Source: Callorhinchus milii
Taxonomy: Eukaryota
DNA length: 64,000 nucleotides
Direction of reading: 5' to 3'
NCBI RefSeq assembly: GCF_018977255.1
Contig: NW_024704742.1
Coordinates: 74,650,001-74,714,000 of the forward strand
The translations under genes and the position numbers were made by a program. This document shows positions 50,488 through 61,760 of the stretch, piece after piece. Under the pieces are notes generated by a model. It did no database searches. It had not been told where the DNA came from and saw only the letters and a list, made by a program, of their open reading frames with translations. How positions within the stretch are numbered: the first letter of the stretch is position 1; every line of letters starts with the position of its first letter.

Positions 50488-52778
50488 AATATTCTTGTAA
50501 AATTTCTCCCCAACTTATAAAGGTAAATGAGCAAATTTGCTTTGCGCAACTTTGCAACACAATGTGTTTGAGTAACCATTGAGGCCTGTTCATATTTATA
50601 ACTCCATTTTTCGGAGCCTATTTACCAATACCTTACTCTGATGTCTTGGTGAAATGTTTTGAATACAGAACTGAAGTTAAAATTTCCTGAGGGATAATTG
50701 GTCTTAAACTCATCAAATGTTCCAACTCATGAATCTGTATTTAAATTTGTTAGAATTACATTAATTTGATTATTAAGGATTGTTCTTACTGACAGGAATT
50801 TGATTTTGTCTAATTTTCATTGTAATATAGTGGTGTGTGTTTAAAAGGAAGGCTAAGCTTCATCAGGTCTGACTGAATCCAATGTTTCATCTTAGTGTCT
50901 ATTATGATTATTATTATTTCACTCTAACCTCATAAAGAAGATATTACTATTGTATTAAGTGAAGCATAAAGCAATTTTAATGTGTCAGTTTATAAAGATT
51001 ATGTATGAAAAGAACGACATAAGCTGAAATGCACTTTGAAACTCAATGGAAAAACAAACAATTACTGAAAGCTGTTCAGTCTGGTTACTGCTTGCACTAT
51101 GAGGTTAAGATACTTACTGTCAAGACCACATTAATGCATTACAGTACCTCTGACACAATAATAACTTGCATTTTTATCATGGTCTTCATGGCGGGGTTTG
51201 ATGCTGAGCTGGGGGGAATGGGGAGGTGACTGAATAGGAAGGTCTTCAGGGTGATCTGAAGACAGGAAGGGGTGGGGCAAGGCAGAGGGACTGAGGCAGA
51301 GATTTCCAGAGTTTTGGGGCATAGTGTCTGAAAACATAACCACCATTTGCGGAGGGGAGGAGACAGGGGACAAGCAGGAGGCCAGAGCCAACTGAGCAAA
51401 GTGGAGTGGGGTGTATACAAGGTGGCCTTCATATGACTGATGATGGCTGAGAGGGAAGAGGCAGTAATAAGATCAAAGGAGTGTAAGATGGGGGCAGCAG
51501 GAGAAGCCCTGATGGAAAGTGATGCAGAAGGCTTGGGGGAGGGGGAGGTGCTCGGGGACATGAAGGAGGAAGTCAGCCAAGCAGATGTTGTTTGTCTTTG
51601 AGAAGAAGTCCAGGACCTCTTTAAGATCACAAGAGAAGTCCAAATGAAGAAATACTTCAGCCCATTTGATTTCATCTTTCCAGAATACCCACAGGACTAT
51701 TCTCCAATCACAGCATTACATTTTGTTAAAATGAATCTAATATTCTGGCCTCAATCACCCTTCCTGGTAACTGTTCCAATAGTTAATTATCTTCTTTATT
51801 AGCAGGACAATAAACTATTGTTTATTTTGTTGATCCCACTAAAATATTGTATACCTCGATATCATATACCGCGTCTTTTCCAATCATGACCTAAAGGATC
51901 TTCTGAAAATGTCTGATGGTGGCATTTACCTTGTATTTTTTTCTTTCTCCCCTGTATCTATTCATGGTGCAGGCTCTTTCACTGTGTATCAACAACAACA
52001 ACAACAGATTGCATTTATATAGAGCCTTTCATGTCAGGAGGATGTCCCAAGGAGCTGGCCAGTCAATGGTCTGCACCCGATCTGCGGGCAGAGAGAGGAC
52101 CATAGAACAAGCCAGTACCAACCAAGCAGAGGGAGCAGACAGCTTGGTGGGGTTTTAGGAGGTCATAGAAGTAGAGCTGAGCAAGCCCATGGATAGCTTT
52201 ACAGGTGTGGACAGCATTTTAAACTTGATCCTCTGGGGATGGGGAACCAGTGATGCCAGGTGAGGATGGGGTGATTGGCTCACAGATCTTAATGCAGGAA
52301 AGGACATGAATAATCTGCATAATCTTCATAATAGAGTTCCGAATAATCTGCAGGTGTAGAGGGAAGGGTTGGGAGTTTGCATAGTCAAACCAATCACCCA
52401 GCTCCGATCTCAAGATATGCTTTAAACCCAAGCTGTTCTGTAACTTTCTTCCTTAGGCTGACATTTTGATGTGAGGCAGATGATTTTTCTCCACACTTTA
52501 ATCCCACTCTTATCACACAGCTGCAGTCTGCTCACCAACACAGTCTCCTAATCTCGATAGGCCAAGACAAGGAGGGGAATCTCACTCTGAAAATCACACT
52601 GCAACTATAGTATTCACAAACTGAAAGTTGCCATTAATGCAATGATTCTGTTTTGTAAATATTCACATCCTCCCGATGTGAAAGGTGCTATACAAATGTG
52701 ATTTTGTATTATAGTGTATTTGCATTTTTGACCCCACTGTGAAACTGTGCTTTAAGCAAGGTTTTGACATTAATATAA

Positions 52779-53065
52779 TAACAACAACAACAACAATTTG
52801 CATTTATATAGTGCCCTTCACGTGGGATAGTGTCCCGGAATACTTCACAAGAGTTTGACAATGAGCCAAGTGGAGCGGGAGGGGGGAATGTGACCATAAA
52901 CACTATCAAAAAAGGTCTTTAGGCAGGATTTGAATGTAGGGAGGGAGGGAGTAAGGCAGAGGGATTGAGGGAGAGATTTCCAGAGTTTCGGTGCAAAGTG
53001 GCTGAAGGCATGGCAACCAATGGTGGAATAGAGGGCATGAGGGACAAATAGGAGGCCGGAGCCAA
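52779..53065 (-). mobile_element. L2 LINE 3' end (subfamily B, decayed)
   Basis: (caa)n tail and atgccttcagccactttgcaccgaaactctgg. Confidence 0.7.
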
Positions 53066-54889
53066 CTTGTGCTCCTATTTACCACTATGAAGTATGTTTT
53101 TGCAACAGTTAGAAACCAAGCCAAGATATTTCCCATGGTGATGAATGTCCAGATTGATACTTTGTGAAATAGAATTTAAAAAGGTTTCACAAGCCGTGAA
53201 TGGGAAGCATGTTCTCATCATTTATATATGTGGTTATTTTCAGTTCAAGGGCATGAGTCAAAGCATAGACCGATATATTTCTGTAGCTCTGAACAGGAAA
53301 AGATGCACTTATATTATCTGCTGCAACATTAAATAAAGGAAACTATAACGGAATCATCAACCCTCTGGAGACAGAAATCCTTTCCTTTGCTGCTGTGGAG
53401 CAGTTTCTTTCCTGCTACGTCCTAAGTTGCGTTTGATCCCAATGCTTGGCCTCGGTTCTCGTTCGCTTCATTCTCACAGTCTGATTGTAACAGCTGTACA
53501 TTATCAAGGGATTCAGGCACTTTCCATGACGAATGAATGAAAACAAGCAACTGAACTTTTGACTTGGAAACTTTGCTTTTCGAATGGAAAATTCTGAACA
53601 GTCAGATTTATTGTGGAGGTGACTGTTTACAACAACAATAATTTACATTTATGTAGTGCCATTCACATCTCAAAGCACTTCACACAGCTGACTGGGAGTC
53701 CCAGCCAGGGGAGAGGGGAGGAGTGGGGGAGGGGGTTGAAAATGATGCCAAAAAGATAGGAGTTTACAAAATGTTAAGCTGATCAAAACCCAGACAGGGA
53801 GAGCACTGGAGATAGCATTTGCTTGAAGCTCGTCAATATCTTACAACTGCTGTATGTACAAGAAACTTCTTACTTTCATTCGGAATCCAGTTTTCCAGAG
53901 TTCTTTTTAAGCATCAAGTTTCTAATTTTAAAGGGCTTGCATAAACAGGTGGGATATTTTGAGATTGATAAAACAAATTGTTTAGTGTTCCCTTAACATT
54001 CCAAGCCCTCAAAAGCTGATGTTAAATGAAAAATTTGCTTCAGTTTTCACAGTGGAGATAGAGGATTGATACTGCAAGTGTAAAGAAGACTCGACATGCC
54101 CCCAACAGTCAGAATTAAAACCAAAAACTAACGGTGATGTCACTTTGGGTAAATTGGTAGCATTATTTTCTCTGGACCAGAAGTGCTGTGGTTTGAGCTC
54201 TAACCTGGAGTTTGGGATGGTATTCTAGGCTGACAGACCAGTCAAGTGCTGACAGAGAGATGCTTTGTTTGCGACAATGTCCTTTGGATGAGGTCCAGGT
54301 TGACATTAAGATGTCTCTAGCTCTGTGAGGTCGGAGAGTATAAACAGTTATTTCCGATCGTGACTGGATAGCGTTTGTACCACAGCATTGCAGCAACTGG
54401 GGCTTTCAGAGTGCTTTTAGACAGCAAACAGCTTCATCTTGTGTTCCTGCCAATTCTGGGGCACATCACTAGAGTTAACTTTCAAACTCCACAAACCAGT
54501 GTTGGTGCTCATATGTACCAAGGAAGGTTCAGTCTGCATCTTAAATAGTTTTTCACAAACCTGTAGTCAAACATTTCATCACCTGAGCAGTAATGAAAGT
54601 AATTGTCACTAGACTAGGCTCTATAATAAATACTGTGAAGATTTTGAGACATCTCCAGAAGTGAAAGGCTATATCAAATGCAAGGATTATTATTTATTAT
54701 TTACCACTCATTCAGCACCTTGTGGAAGCATACAATTTCCCTAGCTGTTGTCTCTAACTACTGTCAAATGCATCTTCCATTCAATTACTCTTAGAAATCA
54801 CTCTGGAGTATTCTTGCAGGCCGCAGCTCTAGCCTTCTCATATCAATAGTTTATTGTTTTCATTTTCCAACTGGCATAATAACCTATTG

Positions 54890-55318
54890 TGTCAGACTGG
54901 TACAGCGGTAACACTCTCACCTCTGAGTCAGAAGGTTGTGGTTTCAAGGCCCACATTGGACTTGGAATCACATCGTCTAAGATGACACTTATGCAGTGCT
55001 GGGATACTGAATTCTTGGAGGTGCCATCCTTTGGATGAGACGATAATCTGAGGTCCCGTCTGCCTATTCAGGTGGACGTTAAAGATCCTGTGGCACTATT
55101 CAAAAAGGGAAGGGAGTTTCTCTTTCCTGGTGTCCTGGCCAACAATCCCCTAAATGAAATTGGTAACTCACTCCATGGCTGTTTGTGGATCACTGCTGTG
55201 CGCCACGTTTCGCTCACAAAATAAACAGTTAATCCACTTTACAGTATATTCTGTGAAGCACTTTGAGATGTCTCAATGACGTGAAGGTGCTGTATCAAAT
55301 GCAAGGAATATTATTATT
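54890..55318 (+). mobile_element. SacSINE1-like Deu-domain SINE
   Basis: Head, ggatgagacgataatctgaggtcccgtctgcc core, (tta)n tail. Confidence 0.8.
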
Positions 55319-57765
55319 AAGCCTACATGCATTCTATCATTCTTCTCCATGTCTGAGTTACTAAATAAAAGCTGTGGGAAAACAAGCATCAGTCATAGAA
55401 ATGAACCAGTGACCATCCTCTATGGGGAGGCGGGGGGTGGGGGCTATGAAGAGGGAAGGGCGAGAAGCAGGTTCTCCTCCAAGATTACAAGCTTGTCAAA
55501 AGAGTGGCAGAATCAAAGCAACTCACTATGGCAGGCTCGGCAGTCCAGCTCCAGAACCAAATGAGTTTACAGAATTCCAGAGCATTGATAACAGATCAGG
55601 AATTCACAGCAGGACTCGGAGGGGCAGTCAGTGGGGTGAGGAATCTTCCAACTCCGCTCTAGTTAACCCAGCAAGTCAAAATCATAGTGGGTAGGGTGGT
55701 CTTAAATGTACAAGCAGTGCCAAGCTTGCCAGAAAATGCTTTAAATGCCAAGCTATCTGCTTATCTTTCAAACTAATTTATGAACTTTGCCTCAACAGAC
55801 AATTCCACATTCTAACCAACTCTGTGTATGGATTTTTTTCCTAATCTTCCCTTTATTACATTTTCCATCTATTTTTCTGGTCAGATAAGTCCGCTGCTCT
55901 CATTACGTGCGACTAGGATTAGGTTTTGGAAAAAATTGGAGAGAGCCAAATCCAAAATCAACACATTTCCATCAGACCATAAAATTTGGTGACAAGAATC
56001 TCAAAGATTATCGAATGGGAAGTGTAATGGCTGAGAGCTATTCTGCACACATTCTGTTGATTCTCGCTGATATGCTGATGTAATTCTCTGGCACAATGTA
56101 ACCAAAGATGTCTCAGCACGGACCAAGATAAAACACTCATTATAAATTAGGAAACGTGGAAACCTACAACTTTTGTTTTATACTTTAGGAACCACAAAAA
56201 ATGTACTTAATTAGAGAAAATGTTATGTATCATTATGTTATTATGTCCATTTAGAAGTAACCTTTTCCTTGTTATATTTTTAAACAGCATACAGATATCA
56301 ATACAGTGATATGTATTTTAGGAAGATGTCTTGTTTATTTAATCTGTTCTCTTTCCCAAAATGCCTTCGCCTTGTCTCCTCTTTCAGCCTTCAAAATCCT
56401 CTTAAAAACCTAGCTCTATACAATGGATTTTGGTCAACAAACTTAAATTCTCCCTCCTCTTCTCCCTGCTCCTTACCTTTTCTATCAAATCCTCTGAGAT
56501 ATTCAATGTTCAGATAGATTTTACATTTTATATTTTTGTGATTCTCATTAATGGGGATATTAAACCACATATAATTGTTAATTCATTATTTAATTTATTC
56601 AGAAAAGTTTCTCAAATATCTACATTTATGCAGTATTATTCATGGTAAATCATTGCTATTTTTGCAGTAATTTACCACAAAATATGTAGGATAAATAGTC
56701 TATTAGCCAGTGTGAATTGCCCTGGAATCCTGCCCTGATGCAATGTGATGTGGATATGGGAAGTTTAAATCAGCCAACTGCTTAAACAGTATAAATGTAG
56801 GTAACTTGCTACAAACATCAAATTTACAAATGATTCTTTACAGAATGCAATAGCTATTTTTTTTAGTTTTCTCCTTTGAAAAAACTTCAACTTAGTGCAG
56901 TCAACTAAAGACAGCACTTGCATGGCTGTAAGTGAACCTGGTCATACAGTAGATTAGTACATTTACATCTGGGACATTTCTTCGACTCCATTCAAGACTG
57001 ATGAAATGAATCTGTGAACTGTAAGGACCTTGTAGTTATTACATTTCGAAACTTCCTAACTGGTCCATAGCACAAACTGTGGACCAGTTAGAGATTAATT
57101 GCCTATTAATTGATATGAAATTTACAATCTCATTCAGATATACCATAAACATAACCGATGTTGCAAGAGGAAAAAACTTATAGATGGGATGGCTTCATTC
57201 AAACATTAATTATTGACACAAATAATCTTTTTGTTTACTCACTGGTGTAGGAGAAAATGTTATTTTGAAGTTGTTGTGATGGGGCATTATTAGACAGTAG
57301 AAGGTGAAAGGTTAGTGTGACATTAAAGTACATTACTATACTTTGGACTTTGGGAATGCTGAAAGCTGATACAGGGCATCTGAATTGGAAAAATGTTCAA
57401 TTTCCCAGCAATTATATGCCTCATCTTGATGAGAATACACTTCTGTGGGTGCACACATGCTGAAATTCAAATAAAAAAGAAAGTGGCAATATATCTTTAA
57501 TGTTTCTTCCCCACAGTTACTCATAGGCTGAAAGAACTGGACTTCTCACAGGTCCATAAGTGTCCGTGGCAGTTCCCAACACATTAAATAGTTCACAGCC
57601 TACTGCCTAAAAACATGAAGTCATACCCCTGACAAAAAAAATCGGGTTAATGTCTTTTCATAATATATTGCTGAAATGGTTGCTAAAGATCCCAGGGCAC
57701 TATTTTGAGAGAGAAGGGTTTTCTCCCTGTGTCCTGGCCAACAGTTCTCCAAATTAATTGGTAAT

Positions 57766-58581
57766 TACCTCTCCAACCTACTATCCCCCTACGTACCTGC
57801 CCATATCCTCCGTTCCTCTGGCTCCGGTCTGCTCCACGTCCCCCGCCCCAATCGCCCTACCATCGGTGGTCGGGCCTTCAGCCTCTCAGCCCCCAGGCTC
57901 TGGAACTCTATCCCCAGTGCCTTCGCCGCTTCCTCCCTCTCCTCCTTCAAATAATAATAATAATAATCCTTGCATTTGATATAGCGCTTTTCACGTCGGG
58001 AGGACGTCCCAAAGCGCTTCACAGAACACACTGTAAAGTGAATTGACTGTATATTTGTGGGCGAACGCGGCAGCCAATTGCGAACAGCAATGTCCCACAA
58101 ACAGTCGTAGATTGAAAATGATCAATTTATTATTGTTTTTGGTTTTGGAGGGATTATTATTAGGCTCTGTGTGGAGTAAGGAAACTTGCCCAAGGTTTCG
58201 CCCTCTGCCTGGAATTGAACTTAGGTCTCTCGCTTGCAAAGCGAGTGCTCTAACCACTGAGCTACAGGACTCCACAAGGCCGGTCTCAAAACCTTCCTCT
58301 TTGACCGAGCCTTCAGCTCCCTTCTCGACTCTCTTCCCCCTCCTCGCTCCCTCCCTTCCCTCCCCTCACCCTGACCATTTCCCCCCTCCTCACTCCCTCC
58401 CCTCACCCTGACCATTTCCCCCCTCCTCGCTCCCTCCCTCCCCCTCCCTCCCTTTCCCCTTCCCCTCCCCCCTCACCCTGACCATTTCCCCCCTGCTCGG
58501 GTCATGACCCAACTGTGCAGCGCCTTGGGACGTCCTCCTGACGTGAAAGGCGCTTTATAAATGGAATCTTGTAGTTGTTGT
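57766..58581 (+). mobile_element. Young L2 3' end interrupted by a SINE
   Basis: Near-identical to 19805-20296; split at ccttcaa|ggccgg. Confidence 0.92.
57951..58274 (-). mobile_element. Full-length young tRNA-head SINE inserted in the L2
   Basis: Complete head-to-tail copy with CpGs retained; caa duplicated at 57948-57950 and 58275-58277. Confidence 0.92.
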
Positions 58582-60663
58582 AATTCCTCTTGTGCTTATT
58601 TGTTTGCAGTTGCTGTGTGCAAACTGACTTTTGTGTTTGCCTACAAGTACACTGTGCTTGACACTAATTATCTGTGAAGTGCTTTGAGTTTCAATGTTAG
58701 ATTATAACAATCCTTGAATTTTCTGGCACCTTATCACATGTGGAGGACATCTCAAAGCACTTCACAAGATTTTACTATAAATTGTAGCAACTGTGTACCT
58801 GTAAACACAGCAGTTAATATCCCATAAACAAACACAAAGTGAACGACAAACTGGCCAGGACAGCGTTTTTTTAAAAAACTCCCTTCTCTGTTTGAATAGT
58901 GTTGTGGGATCGTGAACATTTACTAAAGCAGGGAGATGGGACTATGGTTTGACATCTCATCCAAAGGATGTTTTACATTCTGTATCAAATGTAAGAATTG
59001 CTTGTTATTGTATATGCTTTAATGCTACCATTTCTTTAATTAGCTATTTTCTGTGTAATTGTTAAGCTTTGATCTGTTGTATGAACATGAAACCCAATCA
59101 TAATGTCTAAGGAACGCTCATGAAAAATATTCCTGTTCTCTTCTAAATTTTGCTTCTGCATAACGTTAAACCTTTCCAAAATCTGTAAGGTTATTCTATA
59201 ATTGCATGTTTGTGTCCTGAACATGATGTGTGCTATCACCATCGCGTTAGTTTTGATATTGGCTGTTGTCGCTGCCACTAAAATCCATTTTCCATTCATC
59301 TGCTGCCTCCATTGGAAAACAATAGTTGTGAAGACAAGTCCTGAAAACAAATACGTCTCTTTAACTCCAACCAATATATCGAAAATATATATTTCAGGCC
59401 AGCCCTGTCAATATGAGAGTAAACATTAGGAGTGAAATAATCCAATCAGTTTTAAAATCTGTGTTTATTTTTAAATCAAAACAAGGTGATACATAATGCA
59501 AAATAATTAAAATGAATGAACACAAAGAATAAGCCAATTAAACCAGTTTGTTCAATTTTTCAATTGTTTTGATTGTATTTCAACATAGCTCATACTTGGA
59601 AATAATAATAAATTTGCATTTGATATATTACTTTATCACTTCAGCAAGGTGTTTCAAATCAAAATCCATCACAGGTATTTTGCTCTGAAGTGTTGTGACT
59701 GTAGTATTTTGTAGGCGAACACGCATAAAAGACCTTGATTTACAGCACTGTCCAACAAAAAGCAATGAAATTAATGAACAATTTTATTTGCGGGATTGTT
59801 AACGAGGACACAGGGATTAAAATTAACACAGATTTTAAGAGCTGGTTGGACACTCTTTTCAAGTTTCCCGTGGGATCTTTAAGGTCCAATTGAACAGGCA
59901 AACAGGATCTAGATTTAGCATCACAACCAAAGGATAATAATTTGGTCACTCAATCCACGACTGTTTGTGGAACACGTCTGTGCACAATTGGCTGCCGCGT
60001 TTCACCCACAAAATATACAGTCAATTCACTTTACAGTATATTCTGTGAAGCGCTTTGAGACGTTGCGAAGATGTGATTAGGGATTATATCAAATGCAAGG
60101 ATTATTATAACACCTCCCACAATGTCGAGCACCCTCAGCACTGGGAGCGTCATCTTAGTCTGATGATGGGGCTTGAACCCACAACTTCTTATCCAAAGGA
60201 TGGCACCTCTTACAATGCCACACTCTCCCAGTACTGCTTTCGAGTGTCACCTTGTAAGAGCAAAGCCCTGATGCAGCGCTTCAACTTGCAACCTTGTTTC
60301 AGATGTGAAAATGCGAGCAACTGAGTCAGCAGGTGTATGACTATTTATTAGGTATAATAATAATAATCCTTGCATTTGATAGCGTGCCTTATCACGTGGT
60401 TTGAGACGTCTCAAAGCGCTTCACAGAATACACTGTAAAGTGAATTGACCGTGTATTTTGTGGGTGAAATCACCCGTTGAAAGAAAAAGTTTAAAAATAA
60501 CATAGTTTTAAGGTAAGCCGTGTACTTCAGAAGAACAGGCATAACCGAACTGCAATCGCAATCGTGTTTGACTCGAGCGCAAATCCCATTCACGACATTT
60601 GCCAATTCTGATGAGGGGGTGACCATCCGGAAACGTTTATCTGCTCCGGGGCTGATGTGATGA

Positions 60664-60882
60664 TAATAATAATATAATAATAATCCTTGCATTTGATATA
60701 GCGCTTTTCACGTCGCGAGGACGTCCCAAAGCGCTTTCACAGAACACACTGTAAAGTGAATTGACTGTATATTTGTGGGCGAACGCGGCAGCCAATTGCG
60801 CACAGCAATGTCCCGCAAACAGTCGTGGATTGAAAATGACCAATTTATTATTGTTTTGGGGTTTTGGAGGGATTATTATTAT
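60664..60882 (-). mobile_element. SINE 3' half next to the TNKS promoter
   Basis: Nearly identical to 57951-58160; CpGs well preserved. Confidence 0.85.
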
Positions 60883-60884
60883 GA

Positions 60885-61760
60885 TGACTCCACTGCGAAC
60901 CCAGTGCACGTCCCTCTCTGCCCACACCCACGCCCTGTGTGTGCTGTGTCGCTGTGTCTGTCCCTCCCTCTCAGCCCCACCTCCTCCTATGCGTCACAAT
61001 CACCACCACGTGCTCACTGCCCCTCCTCCGCCAGGGTGAGGTGGGTGAGGTGGGTGGGGGGGGAGGTGCGCGAGCTGCGCGCGCTGCTCTCCTGGGAGCG
61101 CGCACATATCGCGATCGCCGCGGGAGCGCGCACGCCCTCTCCCCTCGGGAGCGTGCCGCTGACGCTAACGCCGCCGCGTTGCCGCAGTGACGGGGAAGAT
61201 GGCGGCGCGGCGCGGGCAGCTCTCTCCCGCCGCTCTCGACTCCAACGGCGGCCCGGCCTCCGGCTCCGACAGGCCCGACTCCCCGGGATTCACGGCCGCT
61301 ATCAGCAGCGCCAGCCCGTCTGGGGCGGGGGGCCCCGGGGGGGACTCGGGCCGCGAGCTGTTCGAGGCCTGCAGGAACGGCGACGTTTCCCGGGTCAAGA
61401 GACTCGTCGACTCGGGTAACGTGAACGCCAAGGACATGGCCGGCAGGAAGTCCACGCCGCTCCACTTCGCCGCAGGTTTGTGTGCCGCCTGAGGCCGGGG
61501 AGGGGCGGCGGGCGGGCGGGCGGCCATTGTGTGTGTGTGTGTCAGGCCGCGGGCGGGAGGCCCCGGCTCCGGCCTCCTGGGCTCTGTGGCCTCGGCTCAG
61601 GGAGCGGCGCCGCTGCTGCTTTAGCAGCTCCCGTTTTCACGTATGTGAATGCGCTCAAAGCTCATCTGTTTCTTCTCTCCCGTCTGTACGCACAAAATGC
61701 ACCTTGTTTTTTCAGTGCTTTCATTCTCTGTGTGGTTTGTGGGCGCTGCGCTGAACTGCA
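60885..61760 (+). promoter_or_regulatory. CpG-island promoter of the tankyrase gene; YY1-type motif AAGATGGCGGC over the start codon
   Basis: Dense CpG and GC against an AT-rich background; gcgcgc/tcgcga elements; gaagATGgcggcg at 61195-61207. Confidence 0.8.
61199..61475 (+). CDS. TNKS: Tankyrase-1-like poly(ADP-ribose) polymerase, coding exon 1 (gene continues beyond the window)
   Basis: [57 protein letters not shown] and NAKDMAG are TNKS1-type rather than TNKS2-type (DVERVKRLVT, SRDTAG); phase-1 donor G|gtttgt. Confidence 0.92.

Noticed and set aside
58195..58274. tRNA-Ala(TGC)-like genes (also near 11375-11449, 33950-34022, 39288 and 39615)
   Set aside because: These are SINE heads: no proper acceptor stem or terminator, and they continue into SINE body and tail
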